Positions 1-8,061 of a stretch of DNA of 15,164 nucleotides are shown here, piece by piece (position 1 is the first letter of the stretch; the number at the start of each line of letters is the position of its first letter). The DNA comes from an uncultured Fibrobacterales bacterium (lineage in GTDB: Bacteria > Fibrobacterota > Fibrobacteria > Fibrobacterales > CAWVXU01): assembly GCA_963934255.1 (NCBI GenBank), contig CAWVXU010000063.1, positions 1-15,164 on the forward strand, given 5' to 3'. A program made the position numbers and the translations under genes. The notes under the pieces are model-generated. The model was not told the DNA's origin. It did no database searches and was given only the letters and a program-made list of their open reading frames with translations.

Positions 1-13
1 TTAACGATACTGT

Positions 14-577
14 CTAGAGATAAAGAAAGGCGATGGGTAGTAAAAGAGCCAAAGGCCATAGCTTTAATATTTTTGAAAATGAATGAGGTGGGTTTTTCTC
101 TTGGCTATGATAAAACTCTTCTTCGTTAGATTTAGAGCTCAAATGAAGATTTGAAATTTGATTTAAAATATCATTTATTTGCCCGAATTCAAGCGGATCA
201 TAAGTACGCCATTTGACTACTCTACTTTGAATAATGCGCCAAGTATGAACTTCAACAAGAGAAAAGGAGAGGGCGCTGAAAGTGCCTGTTTTGTTATGGC
301 TAGGCAAGAGAAGAAGAGTGTTATCGTTTGGCGAGTATTTTGATATTATCTTCAAATAACAGTCTTGTTGATCACATTTTTTGGCTTGAGGAGGAAGAGC
401 TTGCAGTTTCCACTGACTGTCTTCAAGGCTGAAGCTTTGATTAATATAGGCATCAATCCTCTGAGCCATGTCTTGTTCTGGGCTGTGATCACTAGTAGGC
501 ATGACAAAAACACTCAGTTCAGCGGAAAAACTAAATGAAACACAGCATAATACTAAGAGATTTAAAAAATTATTCAT
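14..577 (-). CDS. Hypothetical exported/membrane-anchored protein (signal peptide, CxxxxC motif, C-terminal hydrophobic helix)
   Basis: 187-aa ORF. Signal-like N-terminus MNNFLNLLVLCCVSFSFSA|E, internal CDQQDC, C-terminal LWPLALLLPIAFLYL. Divergent from the lpxH-like gene. No family recognised with certainty. Confidence 0.7.
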   Translation of the reverse strand: MNNFLNLLVLCCVSFSFSAELSVFVMPTSDHSPEQDMAQRIDAYINQSFSLEDSQWKLQALPPQAKKCDQQDCYLKIISKYSPNDNTLLLLPSHNKTGTFSALSFSLVEVHTWRIIQSRVVKWRTYDPLEFGQINDILNQISNLHLSSKSNEEEFYHSQEKNPPHSFSKILKLWPLALLLPIAFLYL

Positions 578-630
578 ATTAGAAATTGAATTCTTTCGAA
601 GAGATGTCCAAAAATCTACATTTATTTCAT

Positions 631-1404
631 ATGAGTACTCAAACCAAAATAATATTCCTTTCAGATATCCATTTAGGTATAGATCATCAAAATGCTTTGC
701 CCAATCGAAAGGCTAGATTGATCGAGTGTTTACTTGAATGGAAAAATGAAATTTCACACTTATTTTTAGTAGGTGATGTCTTTGAGTTTTGGATGGAATA
801 CTCTGATTTCATCCCTAAAGGTGATTTTGATTTTTTGGCTACATTAAGAGATTTACAAATGAGTGGTGTTGAAATTCATTATTTTGCAGGCAACCACGAT
901 TTTAATTTGGGTCAATTCTTCCAAAACCAGGTCGGTCTTCATGTTCATCAAAATGAATATAAAGTATCACTTCAAGGTCGTGATATTCTTCTATTGCATG
1001 GTGATGGGATGGCAGCTTCTGATAAGTTATACCGTGTTGTCAAGAGTATTATCACACATAAACTCTCAAACTTTTTATTCAAATTAATACATCCTGACTG
1101 GGGTATGGCTTTAGCTCGTTTTGTTGGCTCTACCTCGAGGGCCCAACATGAATATGGTCATGTCAAATGGCAAGAGTATTATGATGCAGCCATAGATATG
1201 ATGGTCAAAAACAATGCTAAGGTTTGTATTAATGGACACATTCATGAGGCGCATTATCAAGAGCTCAAAGACCATGAAGATAATGAAGGCTACTTATACC
1301 TTAATTCGGGCCAGTGGTTCCATGATCCTTCGTGGATCGAACTAGAATCGGGTGAGTTTACAATTAAGTTTCTTGACGGCCATGTTGGCCCAAAGGTGTA
1401 TTAG
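631..1404 (+). CDS. lpxH: UDP-2,3-diacylglucosamine diphosphatase (LpxH-like calcineurin-type metallophosphoesterase)
   Basis: Motifs FLSDIHLG, LVGDVFEFW, GNHDF, LLHGDG, GHIH, YLNSGQW, plus an LpxH-like lid segment (LFKLIHPDWGMALA). ATG at 631 (MSTQTKIIFLSD) fits the family N-terminus better than the track's TTG at 586. Confidence 0.8.
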   Translation: MSTQTKIIFLSDIHLGIDHQNALPNRKARLIECLLEWKNEISHLFLVGDVFEFWMEYSDFIPKGDFDFLATLRDLQMSGVEIHYFAGNHDFNLGQFFQNQVGLHVHQNEYKVSLQGRDILLLHGDGMAASDKLYRVVKSIITHKLSNFLFKLIHPDWGMALARFVGSTSRAQHEYGHVKWQEYYDAAIDMMVKNNAKVCINGHIHEAHYQELKDHEDNEGYLYLNSGQWFHDPSWIELESGEFTIKFLDGHVGPKVY

Positions 1405-1868
1405 CCGAATCTTTCTTCGGCATCAACTAAAATTTGAATAAATTCTTCAGGTGTTTGTGACCCTACTAAATTGCCTCGTACCTTTGAGTCTGCCATAATT
1501 CGAGATACACTTGATAAAGCCCTTAGGTGAGGCCCTACAGTGTTTTCGGGGGAGATTAAAAGTATCATTAAATAGACGGGCTCTTTATCTATAGCATCAA
1601 AATCAATTCCATTTTCACAGGTAGCTGCTACCATGTAGATTTTGTCAATACAAGGAACTTTTGCGTGAGGAATGGCAATACCACAACCAATACCTGTGGA
1701 CATTTTCTCTTCACGAGAAAGCACGCAGTCTAATATTTGTTCATGCCCTTGTTCAAGGCCATAAGCTTCAACTAGAATAGCTACTAGTTCAATAATTAGT
1801 TCGCGCTTATCAGCTGATTCAGAGTTTATCCGAATTCCGGCTGGGCTAAATTGTTCAGAAAGCTTCAT
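1401..1868 (-). CDS. PTS EIIA component (EIIA-Ntr / fructose-mannitol family, PTS_EIIA_2), stand-alone
   Basis: REEKMSTGIGCGIAIPHA with the phospho-His, GIDFDAIDKEPV and HLRALSSVSR. GGAGA RBS just upstream of the ATG. Confidence 0.92.
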   Translation of the reverse strand: MKLSEQFSPAGIRINSESADKRELIIELVAILVEAYGLEQGHEQILDCVLSREEKMSTGIGCGIAIPHAKVPCIDKIYMVAATCENGIDFDAIDKEPVYLMILLISPENTVGPHLRALSSVSRIMADSKVRGNLVGSQTPEEFIQILVDAEERFG

Positions 1869-2048
1869 TTAGTCTCCAATTACGAGCCAATCTTAGAAAT
1901 TAATAGGATATTTGACTTGTAAATAAGAAGAAAAATTGAGTATTTTAAAGATTTATTCTCCTTGAACATTTCTAATGTGGATTTTGAAAAGCAAGTCCAT
2001 ATTGTTGACCATTTAAATTCTTTTCATAGCTTAACGGGGTTCAAATCA

Positions 2049-2828
2049 TTAAGCATTTTTTTCTAAAGCTAAAAAATTAAGAACAGATGCTTGGGCCTCT
2101 TCAAGGGTGCTGACTTGATGATAATGTTTGAAAAATCGAACCAGTGCTGAAATTTTCCATTGTCCTGGAGCACTAGGAATTTCACCAGTAAAACCATAAG
2201 TGCCGGAAGCTCCTAAGATGGGTGCTACTACTCGACTAGCTTGGCCTAAGGCGCCCATGCTAAACGCGGCAAAAACAAAATCGTCTTGTCTGTTTCTAAT
2301 GAAGTTATAGAGGTGTGATTCATCATCAAGAGACTGAAACGTTAGAGCAAATTTGGCGGCTGACGCGCCTAAGACTTCAATTTGTTCAGTTAAATTACTT
2401 AGTTCACTTTCAGTATAACTTTGGTTAAAGTTATGGTGTGAGCAAAGTATTTGAGCATTGTAGTCTTGGCAGATATCCTTAATACCCATAAGCATAGGTT
2501 CTTCAAATTCAAAATCAACCCATTCAAATTGACCTGTTTTGATAATGGCTTCAAAACACTCAGCCCTTTGGCTGGCTCGTTCAACAGGCCACAATCCTCC
2601 ATCGCGAGTGAGGCGTATTGTTGCCATGAGAGAATGACTTGGGAAGGCATTTCTAATTTCATTGACCAAATGTGAAATCTCATCAGCGTTATATTCAGCA
2701 AAGCCATCAAAAAGGTCAAACCGAACTTCGATCAATCCACAATCAATAAAATTTTGCACATTCATCTTGACATCGCCATGAGTTGGGTGTTGGTTCAATA
2801 GACCTATTATCAATGGATTGGGATGCAT
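2049..2828 (-). CDS. aroD: Type I 3-dehydroquinate dehydratase
   Basis: IEVRFD, TIRLTRDGG, VDFE, SHHNF (catalytic His), AAKFA (Schiff-base Lys), SMGALGQASR and SAPGQ. GAGG RBS precedes ATG 2828. Confidence 0.92.
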   Translation of the reverse strand: MHPNPLIIGLLNQHPTHGDVKMNVQNFIDCGLIEVRFDLFDGFAEYNADEISHLVNEIRNAFPSHSLMATIRLTRDGGLWPVERASQRAECFEAIIKTGQFEWVDFEFEEPMLMGIKDICQDYNAQILCSHHNFNQSYTESELSNLTEQIEVLGASAAKFALTFQSLDDESHLYNFIRNRQDDFVFAAFSMGALGQASRVVAPILGASGTYGFTGEIPSAPGQWKISALVRFFKHYHQVSTLEEAQASVLNFLALEKNA

Positions 2829-2929
2829 ACTTTGCCTCGGTTTTGTACATTACTAACAAACGCTATAAGGGAAAACTAATAATTTTGAGCCGTCTACTGT
2901 TAAACCAACGATATTTTGGATCCTTTAAC

Positions 2930-3922
2930 TTGAGGACTCTGATCCTGGGCTTCATCTTCGTAAACCTTTTCTATGCCACATCGTTAGCCTCAATACCCGC
3001 ATTTGCACAAGAAAATCCAACCAAAAAGGCCTTTCATTTACGAGCAATGGAGGCTGTTTCAAATCAGAATTATAAAATAGCATTATCTTTGGCTATTGAT
3101 TCAACTAGGCTAATTGGCGTTCATAGTCGGGCAGATCAACTTGTCATTGCCATGGTACATTTGTCCCATTATGATGAAAATACTCAAAAAAGTTCATTGA
3201 GATTAGCTAGGGAGATCTTACAGAAGATTGTCACCAAGTTAGAAGGCGTCGCTGTGCTGGATGAAAATCAGCAATTTATACAGGGTATGTCTTTATTTCA
3301 ACTAGGATATATTGATCAACTTCAAGGAAATCAAATCAGCTCTGCACTCAAGACAAGATCAGCAGCAAAAATCCTGGCTCGGCTTGAAACCAATATTGAT
3401 GCCCAAGCCTTAAAGGCAATTTATGACTATTATATGGGTGCTATTACATCGAGAATCCCATTTATGGGTGATTCGCGTGAAAAGTCACTCAAAATATTAG
3501 CTCATGCTGTCAAAAACTCACAATATTTCTCCAACTTGTACAGGACATCACTTGTGTGGATGCGATATGACCAAAAAAAATACCAACTTGGCCTAAACCT
3601 GGCGCAAGAATTTTTGAATTCACACCCTAACAACCGAATTTATCTATCGATTAAAGCAGATTTCTATAAAAAGATGGATCGAAATACTGAAGCTTATGAA
3701 CTCTACCAAGGAGTTTATCAAAGCTATGTTGAGAATCAGAGCAAAATGAGTGTTAGACAGCTATCTGCAATTGGTAACTTGATGCTTTTGTCTAAAGAAT
3801 TGGGTAGAACAGGTGAACATGCACTTTTCAACCAAAAGTTTCATGCAAATATTGAGATTTTTCGTTCAAATATGCCCGCCAGCCTTCTCGAGGATATGGA
3901 AAATCACGATTTAATTGAATAA
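2930..3922 (+). CDS. Exported TPR-like alpha-helical protein
   Basis: Helical-repeat character (YDQKKYQLGLNLAQEFLNSHPNN; ADFYKKMDRNTEAYELY). The in-frame TTG at 2930 gives a signal peptide (MRTLILGFIFVNLFYATSLASIPAFA|Q) and removes the overlap with aroD implied by the track start at 2783. The exact start is uncertain. Confidence 0.7.
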   Translation: MRTLILGFIFVNLFYATSLASIPAFAQENPTKKAFHLRAMEAVSNQNYKIALSLAIDSTRLIGVHSRADQLVIAMVHLSHYDENTQKSSLRLAREILQKIVTKLEGVAVLDENQQFIQGMSLFQLGYIDQLQGNQISSALKTRSAAKILARLETNIDAQALKAIYDYYMGAITSRIPFMGDSREKSLKILAHAVKNSQYFSNLYRTSLVWMRYDQKKYQLGLNLAQEFLNSHPNNRIYLSIKADFYKKMDRNTEAYELYQGVYQSYVENQSKMSVRQLSAIGNLMLLSKELGRTGEHALFNQKFHANIEIFRSNMPASLLEDMENHDLIE

Positions 3923-4139
3923 CGAGTGTTATGCTTGTCCTATTCAGTAGAAGAACAAATGTGGAAGTTATCTCCAAGTAAAGTGTTTAATTGAAAATTT
4001 ATCGCTCTATCGCAACTCCTTTGAGTTATTTCATGATTAAATTGCCGGAAATCAAATTATTACGAATGTATCCTTTACTTAGTATAGTAAAAAAGGTAAT
4101 TTTGCCTAAAATATCTGATAATGAGATAAGAGGTTTCTT

Positions 4140-5987
4140 TTGATCAATAATGACCATGTCCAACGCTCTGAAGTAGACTCAGTAGTTATTCGCTTCGCTG
4201 GTGATTCTGGCGATGGGATGCAGCTTACTGGTAATCAGTTTTCTGACGCATCTGCCGCCTTTGGTAATGATTTGGCCACACTTCCGGATTATCCTGCAGA
4301 GATTCGCGCTCCTATAGGCACAGTCGGTGGTGTATCGGCTTTCCAACTCCAGTTTTCAGCACACGATGTTCGCACACCGGGCGATGAGCTTGATACACTT
4401 GTAGCAATGAATGCCGCGGCTCTCAAAAAAAACATCATGGATGTCAAACCTGGTGGATATGTATTTCTGGACACCGCAGGGTTTAACGAAAAAAACTTGA
4501 AGCTTTCTGAATACGAAACCAACCCGTTAAATGATGGTACACTTAATGACTTTAGAGTCATCAAAGATGATTTCACAACTTTAACTGTGAATGCTTTGGC
4601 TGACACGGAGCTTAAAACTAAAGAAGCTCGACGTTGTAAAAATTTCTTCGCTCTTGGGATGGCTTTTTGGTTGTATGGCCGAGATATTTCTCATACAGAG
4701 GAATGGCTCAATAATAAGTTTGGTAAAAAGCCACATCTTGTTGAAGCCAATATGAAAGCCATGATGGCAGGATACAACTATGCTGATACGATTGAGCTTT
4801 TTTCTGAATCTTATTCGATTCGTAAGGCAGACCTTCCAGCTGGTGAGTACAAGAAAATTTCTGGTAATGAAGCTACAGCAATGGGCTTTGTCACAGCATC
4901 AAAATTAATGAAGCGCGATTTGTTTTTGGGCTCCTATCCAATTACTCCAGCTTCTGACATCTTGCATCATTTATCAAAACACAAAAACTTCGGTGTAAAA
5001 ACTTTCCAAGCAGAAGATGAGATTGCTGCAGCATGTTCGGCTCTGGGTGCTTCATTTGCTGGCGCGCTTGGTATCACTACGACTTCTGGTCCTGGGATTT
5101 TACTTAAAGCTGAAACTATCGGGCTGGCTGTCATGGCAGAGCTTCCACTTGTGATTGTAGATGTTCAACGTGGTGGACCGTCTACTGGTCTTCCTACTAA
5201 GACTGAGCAATCAGATTTACTTTGTGCGATGTTTGGACGAAACGGTGATTCACCTCTTGCCGTTGTTTGTGCTACTACTCCTAGTGATTGTTTTGACATG
5301 GCTATTGAAGCTTGTCGTATCGCAGTCAAATACATGACACCGGTTATTTTGATGACTGATGGTTATCTTGGAAATGGCACTGAGCCTTGGAAAATTCCTG
5401 ATATCAAAACTCTTCCGGTTCTTGACTTTGCCAATGTGAGCCCTAGTTCTGATGCACAGCCTTATACACGTGACCCTAAGACTTTGGCGCGTGGCTGGGC
5501 TATCCCTGGAACTGCTAATAAAGAATACCGGGTCGGTGGACTTGAGAAGTCTGAGCCTGATGGAAATATTTCGTATGACGCCGTAAATCACCACAAGATG
5601 ACTAAAGGTCGCGCTGCTCGTATCGCTGGTATTGCTAACGATATCCCGGATGCTCCATTACTTGGGTCACTCGATGACGATATGTTGGTACTTTCATGGG
5701 GTGGAACCTATGGTTCTGTTTCAACTTCGGTTGAAAACTTACGTCTTGGTGGTGCAAGTGTTGCACATATCCATTTAAAGTATCTCAATCCACTTCCTAA
5801 AAATGTTGCCGGGACACTAGCGGCTTTCGACAATATTTTAATACCGGAACTTAATAACGGACAATTGCGTTTGCTCATTAATGGTGAGTTTAATTGTAAC
5901 GCAAAAGGTTATAACAAAATTCAAGGAAAACCATTTAAGGTCAGTGAACTGACTAAGGTGATTCGCGAACAGTTGGAGGCATCATGA
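4140..5987 (+). CDS. korA: 2-oxoacid:ferredoxin (acceptor) oxidoreductase, alpha subunit (gamma-alpha fusion type)
   Basis: N-terminal RFAGDSGDGMQL and YPAEIR gamma-like domain, then GNEA, YPITP, QAEDEIAA, TSGPG, QRGGPSTGLPT and ELNNGQL. TTG start after AAGAGG. Substrate specificity cannot be determined from sequence. Confidence 0.93.
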   Translation: MINNDHVQRSEVDSVVIRFAGDSGDGMQLTGNQFSDASAAFGNDLATLPDYPAEIRAPIGTVGGVSAFQLQFSAHDVRTPGDELDTLVAMNAAALKKNIMDVKPGGYVFLDTAGFNEKNLKLSEYETNPLNDGTLNDFRVIKDDFTTLTVNALADTELKTKEARRCKNFFALGMAFWLYGRDISHTEEWLNNKFGKKPHLVEANMKAMMAGYNYADTIELFSESYSIRKADLPAGEYKKISGNEATAMGFVTASKLMKRDLFLGSYPITPASDILHHLSKHKNFGVKTFQAEDEIAAACSALGASFAGALGITTTSGPGILLKAETIGLAVMAELPLVIVDVQRGGPSTGLPTKTEQSDLLCAMFGRNGDSPLAVVCATTPSDCFDMAIEACRIAVKYMTPVILMTDGYLGNGTEPWKIPDIKTLPVLDFANVSPSSDAQPYTRDPKTLARGWAIPGTANKEYRVGGLEKSEPDGNISYDAVNHHKMTKGRAARIAGIANDIPDAPLLGSLDDDMLVLSWGGTYGSVSTSVENLRLGGASVAHIHLKYLNPLPKNVAGTLAAFDNILIPELNNGQLRLLINGEFNCNAKGYNKIQGKPFKVSELTKVIREQLEAS

Positions 5988-7000
5988 GCGTTGTAGAAAC
6001 TAAAGAATATACCCGCAAAGACTTTACTTCTGATAATCAAGTTCGTTGGTGTCCAGGTTGTGGAGATTTTAACATCCTCATGGCAATTCAAACACTGTTG
6101 CCAAAGCTTGGCAAGAAAAAAGAAGACTTTGTTTTTATCTCAGGAATTGGTTGTTCAAGTCGTTTTCCTTACTACATGGATACTTACGGTTTTCATACGA
6201 TTCATGGAAGAGCTCCGGCAATTTCAACGGGTGTAAAAGCTGCTAATCCAGACCTTGATGTTTGGATGATTACAGGTGATGGAGATGGACTTTCAATTGG
6301 TGGTAACCATTTGATTCACTCGATTCGTCGTAATCAAAACATCAATATGTTGATGTTTAATAATCAAATCTATGGTCTGACTAAAGGTCAATTTAGCCCG
6401 ACATCTAAACAAGGGCTAGCCACTGGCTCTTCTCCTTATGGGTCGATTGACTACCCACTGAACCCCCTAGCGACTGTAGTTGCGGCCAATGGTGGATTTG
6501 TTGCACGTACATCAGATAATGACCCTAAGCACATGGCAGAAGTTTTTGAAGCTGCGGCCAAGTTTAAAGGCAATAGCTTTATTGAAATCTTGCAAAACTG
6601 TGTCATCTTTAATGATAAAGTTCACGAAGACTATTATGGTCGTGGTGAGCGTCAAGCTAACATGCTGTATCTTGAAGACGGGGCTCCTATGATATTTGGC
6701 AAAGCCATGGATCAAGGTATTATGCTTGATGGACTTGACCCTGTTGTGGTTGAAGTTACTGATCAAAATCGTGATGATATCCTGATTCACAATGCTGGTG
6801 CTCAATCTCAAATGGCGGCGTATATGTTGTCTCAAATGTCTCACCCTGAGTTCCCTGTTCCAGTTGGCGTGCTGCGAGCTGTTGAACGTTTGACATTTGA
6901 TGAACTTTTGGTCAATCAAATTAATGAAATTAAAGCCAAACAAGGTGAAGGTGATCTTCACAAATTATTCCATTCAGGGACTACTTGGACTGTAGATTAA
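5984..7000 (+). CDS. korB: 2-oxoacid:ferredoxin oxidoreductase, beta subunit (TPP-binding, 4Fe-4S)
   Basis: WCPGCG, SGIGCSSR, HGRA, GDGD...NNQIYGLTKGQFSPT and QNC. ATGA overlap with the alpha stop; GGAGG RBS. Confidence 0.93.
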   Translation: MSVVETKEYTRKDFTSDNQVRWCPGCGDFNILMAIQTLLPKLGKKKEDFVFISGIGCSSRFPYYMDTYGFHTIHGRAPAISTGVKAANPDLDVWMITGDGDGLSIGGNHLIHSIRRNQNINMLMFNNQIYGLTKGQFSPTSKQGLATGSSPYGSIDYPLNPLATVVAANGGFVARTSDNDPKHMAEVFEAAAKFKGNSFIEILQNCVIFNDKVHEDYYGRGERQANMLYLEDGAPMIFGKAMDQGIMLDGLDPVVVEVTDQNRDDILIHNAGAQSQMAAYMLSQMSHPEFPVPVGVLRAVERLTFDELLVNQINEIKAKQGEGDLHKLFHSGTTWTVD

Positions 7001-7042
7001 TTTGCTTTGATTGAATATTTGACTTCAATTGAATATTAAATG

Positions 7043-7079
7043 AAATAGACGAGCCTTTTGGGTTCGTCTATTTTTCTTT
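7043..7079 (+). terminator. Rho-independent terminator of the korAB operon
   Basis: AAATAGACGAGCC (7043-7055), loop TTTTG, GGTTCGTCTATTT (7061-7073) with one G-U pair, running into a T-rich tract. Confidence 0.85.
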
Positions 7080-7190
7080 ATACTCACAGCTTAAATTATT
7101 GCTTTAAAATTGGTGTCACAGGATGGAGTCCGAATATTTTTCATCGTATAATAGAAGTAAAATAAATTTAGACGAGGCAGCAGTCATGGA

Positions 7191-8060
7191 ATGGATAAAA
7201 AGTTCAAAAATCATATTAGATATAAGAGTAAGTATTTGAATTACGAGATAAATTTCCCCTCAGCTTCTTTAGACCAAGCATCAGGTCTAAAGAGAACGAT
7301 TCAAGGCAAGTTAATAGCTAACCAAGAAATATCAGAACGATACTTTGATAAGCTAATTGTTGGGTTTCATGGCTATGGTGAAAGTGCGGAAATACAAGAC
7401 CATAGACATCAACTAATGTTGATTAATGAAGTTTTAGATACAAAGTTTAGCGTCCTCACAATAGCACCACAAGCACTCCAAGCTTTCAAAAGGAAAAGCC
7501 GAATTAACCACACTGAAATTCAAGATCTGGAGATTGAAAAGTGGGGGCACTCATGGATGAAGTCCTCTACTCGTAATCAGGATATGAGAGACAATCAAAA
7601 CTACACAAATTCAATATTTGAATTCCTTAAAGCCCAAGGTGTTTCTTGGGGATATCTGATTATCACAGGTCATTCACAAGGAGCATCCCATGCTTGGCGT
7701 GTAGCATCTTGGTTTGGATGTGATGAACTTATAATACACGCAGGTGATATTCCTCCTGAGCTTCGAAATCAATGGCCAAAGTCCTTAAGAGAGTCTCCTC
7801 CACTTGTAGTGATAGGTCGAGCATTTGATGACAAGGTTTATACTGAGGTAATTTTCAAACGAGACCAAAGTGATTTACAAAAAATATTTCAAAAGATTCA
7901 ATCTAAGTGTCCATTGGATATTGGCCTAGATACTCAGGATAGCAAGGAAACCATGCGAGAAAATTTAAAAGACAAAAAGTTAGAGATTTGGGAAGGCCAA
8001 GGAGATCATCAGTGGGGTTCTGAATGGGTGGACTATTTGCGAGATCGATTTAAAAATTAA
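7191..8060 (+). CDS. Alpha/beta hydrolase, phospholipase/carboxylesterase-like
   Basis: LIVGFHGYG oxyanion region, IAPQA, nucleophile elbow GHSQG, AGDIPPE, candidate Asp in GRAFDD and candidate His in GDHQW. Confidence 0.82.
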   Translation: MDKKFKNHIRYKSKYLNYEINFPSASLDQASGLKRTIQGKLIANQEISERYFDKLIVGFHGYGESAEIQDHRHQLMLINEVLDTKFSVLTIAPQALQAFKRKSRINHTEIQDLEIEKWGHSWMKSSTRNQDMRDNQNYTNSIFEFLKAQGVSWGYLIITGHSQGASHAWRVASWFGCDELIIHAGDIPPELRNQWPKSLRESPPLVVIGRAFDDKVYTEVIFKRDQSDLQKIFQKIQSKCPLDIGLDTQDSKETMRENLKDKKLEIWEGQGDHQWGSEWVDYLRDRFKN

Positions 8061-8061
8061 A

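Noticed and set aside
501..1087. Short ORFs 501-716 (+) and 863-1087 (+)
   Set aside because: They overlap better-supported genes in other frames and have no motifs or clear RBS.
1876..1892. Sigma-54-like TGGCTCG...TTGG on the minus strand upstream of the EIIA gene
   Set aside because: The -24/-12 spacing is one base short, the -12 lacks GC, and it overlaps the RBS, leaving no leader.
1953..2012. 19-codon minus-strand ORF (MVNNMDLLFKIHIRNVQGE) between aroD and EIIA
   Set aside because: No RBS and no leader-peptide-like codon bias; expected by chance.
2399..2719. ORFs 2399-2719 (-) and 2451-2675 (+)
   Set aside because: Shadow frames of aroD.
2783..2929. N-terminal 49 codons of the 379-aa ORF
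   Set aside because: They overlap the aroD start and RBS head-to-head and precede a clean signal peptide, so this is more likely the divergent promoter region.
4289..6961. Antisense or alternative-frame ORFs within korAB (4289-4606, 5250-5594, 6480-6692, 6512-6961)
   Set aside because: Typical shadows of strongly codon-biased genes; the translations have no recognisable features.
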